Positions 1-11,152 of a stretch of 64,000 bases of DNA are shown here, in pieces. This DNA is from Verrucomicrobiota bacterium. Its GTDB lineage: Bacteria; Verrucomicrobiota; Verrucomicrobiia; Limisphaerales; UBA9464. The DNA lies in assembly GCA_016871615.1 (NCBI GenBank), contig VHCX01000002.1, positions 12,935 through 76,934 on the forward strand, written 5' to 3'. Within the stretch, counting starts at the first letter, position 1; every line of letters begins with the position of its first letter. Position numbers and translations under genes: made by a program. Under the pieces are notes generated by a model. It saw only the letters and a program-made list of their open reading frames with translations. It did no database searches and had not been told where the DNA came from.

Positions 1-1
1 C

Positions 2-346
2 CGCGACCGGGTGGACACGGTGATCGAGGTGCTCAAGAAGGACCCGGCCCATCCGCCGAGCCTCGAGGCCATCGCCCGGGAGGCCGGCTGCAGCCCCTTC
101 TACCTGAGCCGGACCTTCTCCAAGGAGATGGGCCAGACCATCCCGCAGTACCTGCGCCAGTTGCGCATGGAAAAGGCCGCCGCCCTCCTGCGCAGCGGTT
201 CCTTCAACGTCACCGAAGCCGCGCTGGAGGTCGGCTACTCGAGCCTGAGCCACTTCAGCGCCGCCTTCCACCAGACCTTCGGCTGCTGCCCGGGCCTCTA
301 CCCCATGGCCACGCCCACCCAACGGGCCGCCTCGCGGACGGGGTGA
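2..346 (+). CDS. AraC/XylS-family transcriptional regulator, C-terminal HTH domain (5' end outside window)
   Basis: The frame is open from the window edge to TGA at 344-346. The translation LEAIAREAGCSPFYLSRTFSKEMGQTIPQYLRQLRMEKAAALL...TEAALEVGYSSLSHFSAAFHQTFGCCP is the double helix-turn-helix signature of AraC regulators. Confidence 0.8.
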   Translation, partial: RDRVDTVIEVLKKDPAHPPSLEAIAREAGCSPFYLSRTFSKEMGQTIPQYLRQLRMEKAAALLRSGSFNVTEAALEVGYSSLSHFSAAFHQTFGCCPGLYPMATPTQRAASRTG

Positions 347-461
347 ACGCCCACCGGACGGCATCGTCGTCGTCGCGCCGTGCGCGAAGGGCGGGCATGG
401 GAAATCCGGCCTGAAGATGGACGTCGCGCGAGCGGTCCGGATGGGCTAGCCTTCCCCCATC

Positions 462-1604
462 GTGGCTTCCCACTCCGCCAGCGTCCGGCTGCTCCGGGAT
501 CTCATCGCGCTGCCCAGCGTGAACCCGGCCTTCCACGACGACCCCAGCCTACATGGGGAACACCGCGTCGGCGGGTTCCTCGAGTCGGCGGCGCGCCTCC
601 GGGGCCTCGAGACCCAATGGCAACCCGTGGTACCGGGCCGCTCGAACCTGCTGGTCCGCCTGCGGCCCCCGGGCCCGGTCCGGCGGCGGGTGCTGCTCGC
701 CCCGCACCTCGACACCGTGGGCGAACCCGACTACGCGGTGCAGATCCGCCCCCGGGTGCGCGACGGGCGGGTCTTCGGCCGCGGGGCCTGCGACACCAAG
801 GGCTCGGTGGCCGCCTTCTTCCAGGCGGTGCTGAACCTCGCCGGCTGCGGCCGGCGGCCGGCGCACACCGAGATCGTCTTCGCGGGCCTGGTCGACGAGG
901 AGAACATGCAGCTCGGGTCACGCCACCTGGCGCGGATCGGCCCCAAGGCGGACTTGGCGCTGGCCGGGGAACCGACCGGGCTCGAGGTGGTCACCGCCCA
1001 CAAGGGCGACGTGTGGCTGAGGCTGAAGACCACCGGCCGACCGGCCCACGGCGCCACGCCCCATCGCGGGCGCAACGCGGTGAGCGCGATGGCGCCGATC
1101 GTCCTGGCCCTCGAGGGCGGATACGCCGCCGAGCTGGCCTCCCGGCCGGCGCATCCCCTGCTGGGATGGCCCACCATCAACGTCGGCCGCATCGAGGGGG
1201 GACGGCAGCCCAACATCGTGCCGGCGTCCTGCACCATCGACATCGACCGGCGCACGCTTCCCGGCGAATCCGAGGCCGGCATCCGCCGGGAGATCGCCGC
1301 ATTCCTGCGCCGCCACGGCCTCCGCGCGGGGTTCGACACGCTGCGCACCAGCGCCTGCGAGCCGCTGGACACCGACCCGTCCCTGCCCCTGGTACGTACG
1401 CTCACCCGGGCCGCCGGCAGGCGGCGCACCCTCGGCGTCCACTACTTCACCGACGCTGCACCGCTGGCGGCCGGAGGCTCGCCCTCGGTGGTGTTCGGGC
1501 CCGGCGACATCGCCCAGGCCCACACCGCCTGCGAATGGCTGGCCATCGACCAGCTGGAGTCGGCCGTCCGCATCCTCGAGCGCTTCCTCCGGGACCTGGA
1601 CTGA
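462..1604 (+). CDS. M20-family metallopeptidase (ArgE/DapE-like deacylase)
   Basis: 380-aa ORF with a GTG start. The blocks APHLDTVG, GRGACDTKGS, GLVDEENM and LAGEPTG match the metal-ligand and catalytic blocks of M20 peptidases. The substrate cannot be assigned from sequence alone. Confidence 0.8.
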   Translation: MASHSASVRLLRDLIALPSVNPAFHDDPSLHGEHRVGGFLESAARLRGLETQWQPVVPGRSNLLVRLRPPGPVRRRVLLAPHLDTVGEPDYAVQIRPRVRDGRVFGRGACDTKGSVAAFFQAVLNLAGCGRRPAHTEIVFAGLVDEENMQLGSRHLARIGPKADLALAGEPTGLEVVTAHKGDVWLRLKTTGRPAHGATPHRGRNAVSAMAPIVLALEGGYAAELASRPAHPLLGWPTINVGRIEGGRQPNIVPASCTIDIDRRTLPGESEAGIRREIAAFLRRHGLRAGFDTLRTSACEPLDTDPSLPLVRTLTRAAGRRRTLGVHYFTDAAPLAAGGSPSVVFGPGDIAQAHTACEWLAIDQLESAVRILERFLRDLD

Positions 1605-1619
1605 AGGGTCCGACGCTGC

Positions 1620-2894
1620 ATGCGACTGGCCTTCCTGACCCATGAACCGTACTTCCCGCCCAGCGGCGGGGGGTCGGCCGAGGCCATCTACCTCGTGGCC
1701 GAGTTCGTCCGGCGCGGGCACGAAGTCCACCTGTTCTGCCCCGACTTCGAGGACGCCCAACGCGTCGCCGCCGGGCACGGGATCACCGTGCATCCATTCA
1801 CGGCCTGGCCAATGGGCCGGTACACGGCCCTGCGCAACCTCAAGTACCTCGCCTACCCGGCGGCGCTGGCTTGGCATGCCGGGCGGACGCTGCGCCGGCT
1901 GCGCCGCGACCGGGGCGGGGCCTTCGGGTTCGATGCGGTGCTCTCGCAGCATACGATCTCGGCGGTGGCCGCGGGGCTTCTGGGCCGGCGATGGCAGGTC
2001 CCCGTGGTCTTCAACTTCCTCGACTACCTCACAGGCTTCATGGAGACGTGGCCGGCGGTGTTCACCCGCACCGGCTTCGTGCCATGGCTCAACCGCTTCG
2101 AACGGTCGCTGCCACGCCGGTTCCTGGCCGACGGGGTGATGACGGTGTCCGCTCCGCTGGCCGAACGCTTCCGGGCCACCGGATACCCGGCCGACCGCCT
2201 CAAGGTGATCCAGTATGGCTACGACGCCCGGCGGTTCCGGCCGGAGGCGTGCGAGCCGGAGGCCGGCGCGCCACCGGAAGCCCCGGTGGTGGTCATGCAC
2301 GGGTCGTTCGACACCCATCACCTGGGACCCATCGCGCGGGACTGCGTGCTGCACCTGCACGCATCGCGGCCGGGGGTGCGGTTCCGCTTCCTCGGCCGGG
2401 ATACCCCGGCGCTGACCCGGCTGGTGCAGGCCGTCCGGGCGGCCGCGCCGGACCTCCGGCTGGATTGCCCCGGGTTCATCCCCTACGAGGCGATGGCCGG
2501 GGCCCTGCGCGGGGCGACCGTGGGCCTCGTGCCCTACGAGGAGTCGGAGGGAGTCCACTGCGCCTTCGTCGCCAAGGCGGTCGAATACCTGGGCTGCGGC
2601 ATCCCCTGCGCGAGCACACCACTGGAGAACCTCTCCGGCTACTTCTCGGGCGAGCCGGCCATCGGGTTCTCCGGCTGGGACGGCCAGTCGCTGGCCGGGA
2701 TCGTGGCGGGGTTCCTCGACCTGCCGCCGGAGCAACGCAAGGCCATGGGCCTCGCCGCCGCGGGCCGGGTGGCTGCCCGGCTGGACTGGTCGGTCGTCGC
2801 CGCCAACGCGGTCGATTTCGTCGAGGCCACCGCCGCGCGCGGGAAAGCTGTTGCCAAGGGCCCGGCCGGATTTGAGGTTGTCGGCCGCACATGA
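1620..2894 (+). CDS. GT-B fold glycosyltransferase (GT4/GT1-like)
   Basis: 424 aa. The N-terminus MRLAFLTHEPYFPPSGGGSAE is typical of GT4. A C-terminal E-x7-E-like block is present (YEESEGVHCAFVAKAVEYLGCGIPC). The stop overlaps the lipA start (ATGA at 2891-2894). Confidence 0.75.
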   Translation: MRLAFLTHEPYFPPSGGGSAEAIYLVAEFVRRGHEVHLFCPDFEDAQRVAAGHGITVHPFTAWPMGRYTALRNLKYLAYPAALAWHAGRTLRRLRRDRGGAFGFDAVLSQHTISAVAAGLLGRRWQVPVVFNFLDYLTGFMETWPAVFTRTGFVPWLNRFERSLPRRFLADGVMTVSAPLAERFRATGYPADRLKVIQYGYDARRFRPEACEPEAGAPPEAPVVVMHGSFDTHHLGPIARDCVLHLHASRPGVRFRFLGRDTPALTRLVQAVRAAAPDLRLDCPGFIPYEAMAGALRGATVGLVPYEESEGVHCAFVAKAVEYLGCGIPCASTPLENLSGYFSGEPAIGFSGWDGQSLAGIVAGFLDLPPEQRKAMGLAAAGRVAARLDWSVVAANAVDFVEATAARGKAVAKGPAGFEVVGRT

Positions 2895-3832
2895 GTTCCT
2901 GTTCGTCCACGCCGGCGGCCCCGGCGGCCTCGGTTCCCCTGGTGCCTCGCCGGCGCCTGCCCGAATGGCTGAAGGTGCAACTGCCGACCTCCAGCGCCTT
3001 CACGGCCACGCGCACCCTGCTCGAGGACCTGGGCCTGCACACCGTGTGCGAAAGCGCCAAGTGCCCGAACCACTGGGAGTGCTGGAGCCGCGGCACCGCG
3101 ACCTTCATGATCGCCGGCGACCGCTGCACCCGGGCCTGCGGATTCTGCGCCGTGTCGACCGCCAAGCCCCTGGCCCTCGAGACGGACGAGCCCCGGCGGG
3201 TGGCCGAGGCGACCCGTCGGATGGGCCTGCGGCACGTCGTGATCACGGCGGTGGCCCGGGACGACCTGGCCGATGGCGGGGCCGATCATTTCCGCCAGAC
3301 CATCGAGGCGGTGCGAACGCTCAACCCGGGCATCGTGGTCGAGGTGCTCACGCCCGACTTCCTCGACCGGGACGAGGCCATCGACACCGTGCTGGCCGCG
3401 CGGCCCGACATCTTCAACCACAACCTCGAGACCGTGCGCCGGCTGACCCCGTCGGTGCGCCACCGCGCCACCTACGAGCGGTCGCTGCGGGTGTTGGCGA
3501 AGGTGAAGGACCGACTGGGCGACGCGGTGCACACCAAGTCGGGGATGATGCTGGGCCTGGGCGAGACCCGCGCCGAGGTGTCAGAATCCCTCCGGGACCT
3601 GAGGGCCTCACGCTGCGACCTGCTCACCCTCGGCCAGTACCTCCAGCCGACCCTCCGCCACCTGCCGGTGGTCGAGTTCATCCCGCCGGCGGTCTTCGAC
3701 CACCTGCGCCAGGAGGCCGAGTCGCTCGGCTTCGTCCACGTGGCCGCCGGCCCGCTGGTCCGCAGCTCCTACCACGCCGACGAGTTCAGCCCGACGAAGG
3801 GTTCGGGGACGCCGGCGACGTCCCGGGCCTGA
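2891..3832 (+). CDS. lipA: lipoyl synthase
   Basis: 313 aa. It has the auxiliary cluster motif CESAKCPNHWEC and the radical-SAM motif CTRACGFC, followed by conserved LipA blocks (VVITAVARDDL, SGMMLGLGET). Confidence 0.95.
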   Translation: MSSCSSTPAAPAASVPLVPRRRLPEWLKVQLPTSSAFTATRTLLEDLGLHTVCESAKCPNHWECWSRGTATFMIAGDRCTRACGFCAVSTAKPLALETDEPRRVAEATRRMGLRHVVITAVARDDLADGGADHFRQTIEAVRTLNPGIVVEVLTPDFLDRDEAIDTVLAARPDIFNHNLETVRRLTPSVRHRATYERSLRVLAKVKDRLGDAVHTKSGMMLGLGETRAEVSESLRDLRASRCDLLTLGQYLQPTLRHLPVVEFIPPAVFDHLRQEAESLGFVHVAAGPLVRSSYHADEFSPTKGSGTPATSRA

Positions 3833-3840
3833 TCCCGAGC

Positions 3841-3864
3841 CCAATCCAACGTCCAATCCAACGC
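3841..3864. repeat. 12-nt tandem duplication (ccaatccaacgt / ccaatccaacgc) in the lipA-downstream spacer
   Basis: Read directly from the sequence. There are two adjacent copies with one mismatch, and a further partial ccaatcc at 3877-3883. Confidence 0.9.
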
Positions 3865-3893
3865 CCTATCCGGCAGCCAATCCCGCTTCCGGA

Positions 3894-4703
3894 TCAGGAC
3901 CCATGGTCCTCCCGGATGGGAACCCGGAAGGGCGACACCAAGGCGGCCGTCTCCAGACCGCCCTCCAGAAACGCCAGATACTCCGGCGACTCGAGCCGGT
4001 GGGTCTCCGGGCGGATGTCCAGCAGGTGTCTCAACTCGGCGAGATTGTCCGACCAGCGGTGGCCGTTGAAGAATTCGATTCCCTCGAACTGGGTCTTGTA
4101 GAGGGCCTTGGGGGAGTAGCAGGTCCCGAGGTGAAGGTGGGCCAGACCGGAATCGCGGGCCCATTCCACGGCCCGGACCATCATGGCCATGCCCAGGGAG
4201 CGTCCGACCGAGGCGAGGTCGTAGAAGGCGTAGTAGTAGAAGGCCAGTCGGGGTCTCTCGAGATGCAGGAGGGCCACCCCGCATTCCGGACCGTGGTCGC
4301 CGGCATCGCGGAAGACGAGCACGTGGGTGATGACCCGCCCGGCGAGCAGCCGGTCGAGCCGCGCGGCGGGCATGATCCCGGGACCGAAACGAGCCTCCGC
4401 GAACGCCAGCCAGGCCGACCGGCGTTCCGGGGTGATCTCAAAGCGGGCCCTGGGCACCAGCTCGCAGCGCAGATCGCCGACCTTGCGTCGCACGCGCCGG
4501 TTCTCGGAGGTGGGACGCCACGGTGCCAGCGGCACCCTCAGTTGCCGGGCCAGGTAGAATATCGACAGGTCCGGGGATGAGGGAAGGAATCCCGCCTCGA
4601 ACAGGTCGGCCGGCGTCTCACCTTCCTCGGGAAAGGCCCAGACGACATAGGGATAGACGTAGCGATCCGGGTCCGCCTCCGCCTCGGAGAAGACCAGTTT
4701 CAT
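3894..4703 (-). CDS. arginyl/leucyl-tRNA--protein transferase-like protein (ATE_C-type domain, Bpt-like)
   Basis: The block FYYYAFYDLASVGRSLGMAMMVRAVEWARDSGLAHLHLGTCYSPKALYKTQFEGIEFFNGHRW resembles the ATE_C/Bpt core (Y-F-Y-D...S-L-G...YLG...YK..F). The start is set at ATG 4703 (MKLVFSEAE). The upstream 148 codons of the 417-aa ORF are Arg/Pro/Gly-rich and look non-coding. Confidence 0.6.
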   Translation of the reverse strand: MKLVFSEAEADPDRYVYPYVVWAFPEEGETPADLFEAGFLPSSPDLSIFYLARQLRVPLAPWRPTSENRRVRRKVGDLRCELVPRARFEITPERRSAWLAFAEARFGPGIMPAARLDRLLAGRVITHVLVFRDAGDHGPECGVALLHLERPRLAFYYYAFYDLASVGRSLGMAMMVRAVEWARDSGLAHLHLGTCYSPKALYKTQFEGIEFFNGHRWSDNLAELRHLLDIRPETHRLESPEYLAFLEGGLETAALVSPFRVPIREDHGS

Positions 4704-4992
4704 GGCGCTACGGAGAGCCGGAGAGCCCGGCTGGGAATCGTCGACGGCGACCCGGCTTCCACCGGGCCGAAACCACGGGCAAACCGTTTCCCCGGGACGC
4801 GGATCCAGGATGCAGGGGCCGGACGGACGGGTTCCATGAACCGGGGTCGCTGCACGGGTTGCGTCACGGCTGCGGTATCCCGCGGCCCGCCGGGGACGTC
4901 GAGGGTTTTGTTGGTCGGCGGCCGTAAAAAACCTTCCTTGGATCCGGCGGTCAGCGTTGGATGCAGCCCGCGCGCTCCTTCCGGGGCCTCTC

Positions 4993-6378
4993 ATGATGCA
5001 TCCTCCGTCCGGCCCTGGAAGATTCCTCGCCTTGCTGTTGCCTCTCCTCGGCGCGGTGTCGGGTCTGGCCGCCGAGCCGACACCCTGGCGCCTGCGCTCG
5101 GCCCTCGACCTGCCCGACTGGGCCGACCTCGGGGGGGAACACCGCATCCGCTACGAGTCGCTCGGCAACCAGTTCCGAGCCGGACGGCCCGGGAGCGACC
5201 AGGCGCTGGCGCTGCGCACCAGCCTGCTCGGCCAGATCCGAACCGAACCGTTGGGTGCCGTGGCCGAGCTCATGGACAGCCGCCAGTACCTCTCGGACGC
5301 CGGTAGCCCGATCGACACCGGCCAGGTCAACACCGTGGACGTGCTTCAGGCCCATCTCCGCTGGAACGCCGGACCGCTCGGGTCCGGTGGCTCGCACCGG
5401 CTCCTCGTGGGCCGGGAGACCCTCGACCTGGGCAACCGGCGGCTGGTCGCGCGCAACGCCTACCGGAACACCATCAACGCCTTCACCGGCGTGGACTGGT
5501 TGTGGACCTCCGACTCGGGCGGCTCGATCCGGACCTTTGCGCTGCTGCCAGTGCGCCGGCTGCCGGAGGATGTGGAGTCGTTGCTCGACCAGCAGGTGGT
5601 CGCCGATTCCCAGGGCTTCGGCCAGCAACTGCACGGCCTCTACGCCACCTCGGCACCGCTGGCCTTCGACGCGCGGCTGGACGCCTATTGGCTGGGCCTC
5701 TTCGAGGACCGGGACCCGGCGCGACGGCACCGCCGGCTGCACACCGGGGGAGGCCGGTTCTTCCGCAACACCTCACCCGGCAGGTTGGATTTCGAGGTGG
5801 AGGGCACCTTGCAGCGCGGATCGTCCCGGGCGTCGGCCGGATCCGTCGTCGACCTGGACCACACGGCCTGGATGTTCCAGGCCGGCGCCGGCTACACTTG
5901 GGAGTCGACGTGCCGGCCGCGCCTCGGCATCCGGCTCGACCAGGCCAGCGGCGACTCCGACCCCGGGGATGGCCGCAACGGCCGGTTCGACTCGCTCTTC
6001 GGGGCGCGTCGCTTCGAGTTCGGCCCGACCGGGATCTATGGCGCCATCGCCCGGTCGAACCTCCGCTCGCCGGAGGTGCGGGCGTCGGTCGTGCCGTTCC
6101 GACGCATCGAGACCTCGATCAGTCACCGATGGGTCTGGCTCGAGAACGCATCCGACGCCTTCACCGCCGCCGGGGTCCGCGACCCATCCGGCCTTTCCGG
6201 GTCCTTCGTCGGCCAGCAGCTCGAGGGCCGGGTGCGGTGGGACGTGGTCCCGGGCCACTGCCGCCTCGACACCGGCGTCACCGCGCTCTTCAAGGGGTCG
6301 TTCCTCGACCGGGCCCCGAACGCCAACCCGAATGGCGACGCGCTCTACGCCTGGGTGGAATGGACCTTCACCTTCTAG
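4993..6378 (+). CDS. outer-membrane beta-barrel protein, alginate-export-family-like
   Basis: A signal peptide (MMHPPSGPGRFLALLLPLLGAVSGLAAEP) is followed by WRLRSALDLPDWADLGGEHRIRYESL. Alternating beta-strand-like sequence then runs to a C-terminal aromatic end (WVEWTFTF). The track ORF starts at TTG 4957; ATG 4993 is preferred. Family assignment is by pattern only. Confidence 0.5.
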   Translation: MMHPPSGPGRFLALLLPLLGAVSGLAAEPTPWRLRSALDLPDWADLGGEHRIRYESLGNQFRAGRPGSDQALALRTSLLGQIRTEPLGAVAELMDSRQYLSDAGSPIDTGQVNTVDVLQAHLRWNAGPLGSGGSHRLLVGRETLDLGNRRLVARNAYRNTINAFTGVDWLWTSDSGGSIRTFALLPVRRLPEDVESLLDQQVVADSQGFGQQLHGLYATSAPLAFDARLDAYWLGLFEDRDPARRHRRLHTGGGRFFRNTSPGRLDFEVEGTLQRGSSRASAGSVVDLDHTAWMFQAGAGYTWESTCRPRLGIRLDQASGDSDPGDGRNGRFDSLFGARRFEFGPTGIYGAIARSNLRSPEVRASVVPFRRIETSISHRWVWLENASDAFTAAGVRDPSGLSGSFVGQQLEGRVRWDVVPGHCRLDTGVTALFKGSFLDRAPNANPNGDALYAWVEWTFTF

Positions 6379-6457
6379 AGGCCCGGGCGGCCTGCAATCC
6401 GAACGCCTCGGGCGCGTGCGGGAAGGGATCCGGTGGGCTCCGTCCCCGGGCCCTTGC

Positions 6458-8626
<2,169 letters not shown>

Positions 8627-8709
8627 CCGCAGGCATTATGGACCGACTCGGCCTCCCCGCCAGAAGGAAAGTCGCTCCCGGCGCAGGCTGCCTCGGAGGC
8701 CGGGATCCG

Positions 8710-9570
8710 TCAGGTCGCCGGCACGAAGCGCTGCCCCAGCAGGCAGAGCAGGAAGAGGCCCCCATGGACCAGGAGGCTCGGGCCATCGGGAGCCACGGCC
8801 AAAAGATCGACCCAGCAGATGCCGGCCAGAAGACCGGCCACGGTCCGCCCCGGATGCGGCTCGGCCCGTCCGACCGTGTGGCTCAGGCACCAGGATCCCC
8901 AGCCGAGGAACAATCCCCCGGCCAGCAGGACTCCCGGACCGGGCCCATCCCCATGGACAAGCACCGCCAGCACCGCCGGCATCGCCAGGAACCCCAGCGG
9001 CCAGAAGGCGATCGGCCCTCGGCGGCTCTCCCGTCGGGCGATGTAGCTCAATCCGACGATCCAGCCCGAGAGGGCGAGGGCGGCCCACATCGCCTCGCCG
9101 GTGATACCTCGGGCCCCGGCCGAGGCGACCGTGAGCACGAGCAGGAACCGGCAGGCTGCCATCAGGAGGGGCGAGAGCGGGGTGCGCTTGTGGAGCGCGT
9201 CGTAGACCACCACCGCGCCCGCCAGGGCCGCGGCCATCAACGCCGGCTCCAGCCCCTGGACCGCCAGACCCAGGAATCCCACCGCCAGGAGGGACCATCC
9301 GACCCGCCAGACCCTCGCTTCCGGGAGGATGCCCGCCGGGATCGGGCGCTCCCGCCGGAACCTCCGGTCGAATTCCGCATCGAACGCGTCGTTGAGCACC
9401 ATGCCTCCGGTGTACAGCAGGCTGGCCGCGATCCCCACGACGATGAGGCGCCCGGGCTCCAGGCCCCCGCCGAGCAACCCGGCAGCTAGGCAGTTCGACC
9501 AGACCGTCGGCAGGTTGGAGGCCCGGGCCAGCACCAGCCATGCCCTCCAGGTTGTCTTGGGTTCCGTCAC
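8710..9570 (-). CDS. UbiA-family aromatic prenyltransferase (membrane)
   Basis: 286 aa and polytopic. It has the N-terminal LARASNLPTVWSN block and the Asp-rich motif NDAFDAEFDRR (NDxxDxxxD) typical of UbiA prenyltransferases. Confidence 0.8.
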   Translation of the reverse strand: MTEPKTTWRAWLVLARASNLPTVWSNCLAAGLLGGGLEPGRLIVVGIAASLLYTGGMVLNDAFDAEFDRRFRRERPIPAGILPEARVWRVGWSLLAVGFLGLAVQGLEPALMAAALAGAVVVYDALHKRTPLSPLLMAACRFLLVLTVASAGARGITGEAMWAALALSGWIVGLSYIARRESRRGPIAFWPLGFLAMPAVLAVLVHGDGPGPGVLLAGGLFLGWGSWCLSHTVGRAEPHPGRTVAGLLAGICWVDLLAVAPDGPSLLVHGGLFLLCLLGQRFVPAT

Positions 9571-9613
9571 CGGTCTGGTTCCTCCGTTTCCGGGTCGGTC
9601 GTCCGTGCGGGCC

Positions 9614-11041
9614 TCAATCGAGGGTGCGGATCTTCACCCCGTCCACGATGCGTTCCCCGGAGGCCATGTTGGTCACCACCACCACCGTGTCACCCCGGCT
9701 CAGCTCCCCGTCCTTCAGCAGTTGGAGCACCGCCTCGTCGACGGTCCGGTCGGGGTGCTGGGCATCGAAGGCCACCACGCGCGGCGCCACACCCCGCAGC
9801 AGGGTCATGCCGTCGGCGGTCGGCCAACGGTCGGTGAAGACCTGCACCTCCGAATGCCGCGGTCGCATCCAGGCCGCGTACCTCGCCATGTGGCCCCGCC
9901 GGGTGAACACCAGCAGGGCCGCAGCCTTCAGGTCGTCGGCCAGCGACACCGCGCTGCGCACCAGCTTCTGCCTCGGCGAGGTAAGTTCGGCGTTCTCCTG
10001 GTAATTGGCCCCGCCGCTGCGCTCGATGCGCCGTGCGATGGTGTCCATCACCTCGATGCACGCCAGCGGATGCCGTCCGACGGTCGTCTCGCCGCTGAGC
10101 ATGATCGCGTCGGCCTGCTCGAAGACGGCGTTGGCCACGTCGGTGATCTCGGCCCGGGTCGGCAGCGGATTCTGGATCATGCTCTCGAGCATGTGGGTCG
10201 CCACGATGACCGGTCGACCTAGCCTCTGGCACGTCTTGACGATGCGGCGCTGGATGATCGGCAGCTCCTCGTAGGGACATTCGATGCCCAGGTCGCCCCG
10301 GGCGACCATGATGACGTCGGCCTCGCGCGCGATCGCCTCGAAGTGGTTGACGGCGAACTGATGTTCGATCTTGGCAACGATCTGGGGCTGGTGCACCGAC
10401 GGGTGCTGCCGCAGGAAGGCCCGCAGATCCTCGATGTCCCGCGGGTCCCGCACAAAGCTCAACGCCACGTAGTCGACACCGACTTCGAGTCCCAGCCGCA
10501 CGTCCTCCTTGTCCTTGTCGGTGAGGGCCGGCAGGGACACGTGGACTCCCGGAAGGTTGATGTGACGTCGGCTGCCGATCGACCCCTCGGTGAGGACTTC
10601 GCACTCCACGCTGTCGACGGTCTTCGACAGGATGCGCATCTTCATCTCGCCGTTGTCCACGATGAGGGTGTCGCCGGTCTGGACATCGTCCACGAACCCG
10701 TCGTAGCCCACGCTGGTCCACTTGCCTGCCCCGGGCACGCGGCCGCGAACCGTGAAGGTGAACCGGTCGCCAATGGCCAGGGGGATCTTGGCCGGAAGGT
10801 CGCCCGTTCGGATCGACGGACCCTGCGTGTCGAGCAGGATGCCGACGGCTCGGCGGTACTTCTGGGAGATGGATCGGATGTCGGACACCACCCTCCGTAC
10901 CCATTCCGGCTTCGCGTGGCTCATGTTGAGCCGCAGCACGTTGACCCCGGCGAGGATGAGGCGCTCGAGCATGTCGGGGCTTTCCGAGGCTGGGCCGAGC
11001 GTGGCGATGATCCTGGTCTTGCGGAATCCTTGGGGGTTCAT
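9614..11041 (-). CDS. pyk: pyruvate kinase
   Basis: MNPQGFRKTRIIATLGPASESPDMLERLILAGVNVLRLNMSHA, plus MVARGDLGIE and other PK blocks. ATG 11041 is preferred over the track start GTG 11074. Confidence 0.93.
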   Translation of the reverse strand: MNPQGFRKTRIIATLGPASESPDMLERLILAGVNVLRLNMSHAKPEWVRRVVSDIRSISQKYRRAVGILLDTQGPSIRTGDLPAKIPLAIGDRFTFTVRGRVPGAGKWTSVGYDGFVDDVQTGDTLIVDNGEMKMRILSKTVDSVECEVLTEGSIGSRRHINLPGVHVSLPALTDKDKEDVRLGLEVGVDYVALSFVRDPRDIEDLRAFLRQHPSVHQPQIVAKIEHQFAVNHFEAIAREADVIMVARGDLGIECPYEELPIIQRRIVKTCQRLGRPVIVATHMLESMIQNPLPTRAEITDVANAVFEQADAIMLSGETTVGRHPLACIEVMDTIARRIERSGGANYQENAELTSPRQKLVRSAVSLADDLKAAALLVFTRRGHMARYAAWMRPRHSEVQVFTDRWPTADGMTLLRGVAPRVVAFDAQHPDRTVDEAVLQLLKDGELSRGDTVVVVTNMASGERIVDGVKIRTLD

Positions 11042-11152
11042 GGGGTTCGAGGTGGAAGGAGGCCGGGCCCCCACAGGATCACCGGTCGGCCGCCGTGGTC
11101 AACGGCGCTTGGCAACCGGTCCGGCTTCCCGGAAGATCGGCGCTCAGGCCCC

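Noticed and set aside
4704-5147. N-terminal 148-codon extension of the ATE_C-like ORF. The same applies to the 205-codon extension of mnmG at 22597-23211 and the 119-codon extension at 17587-17943.
   Set aside because: The extensions are Arg/Pro/Gly-rich with no similarity to the respective families. The canonical N-termini begin at internal ATG codons.
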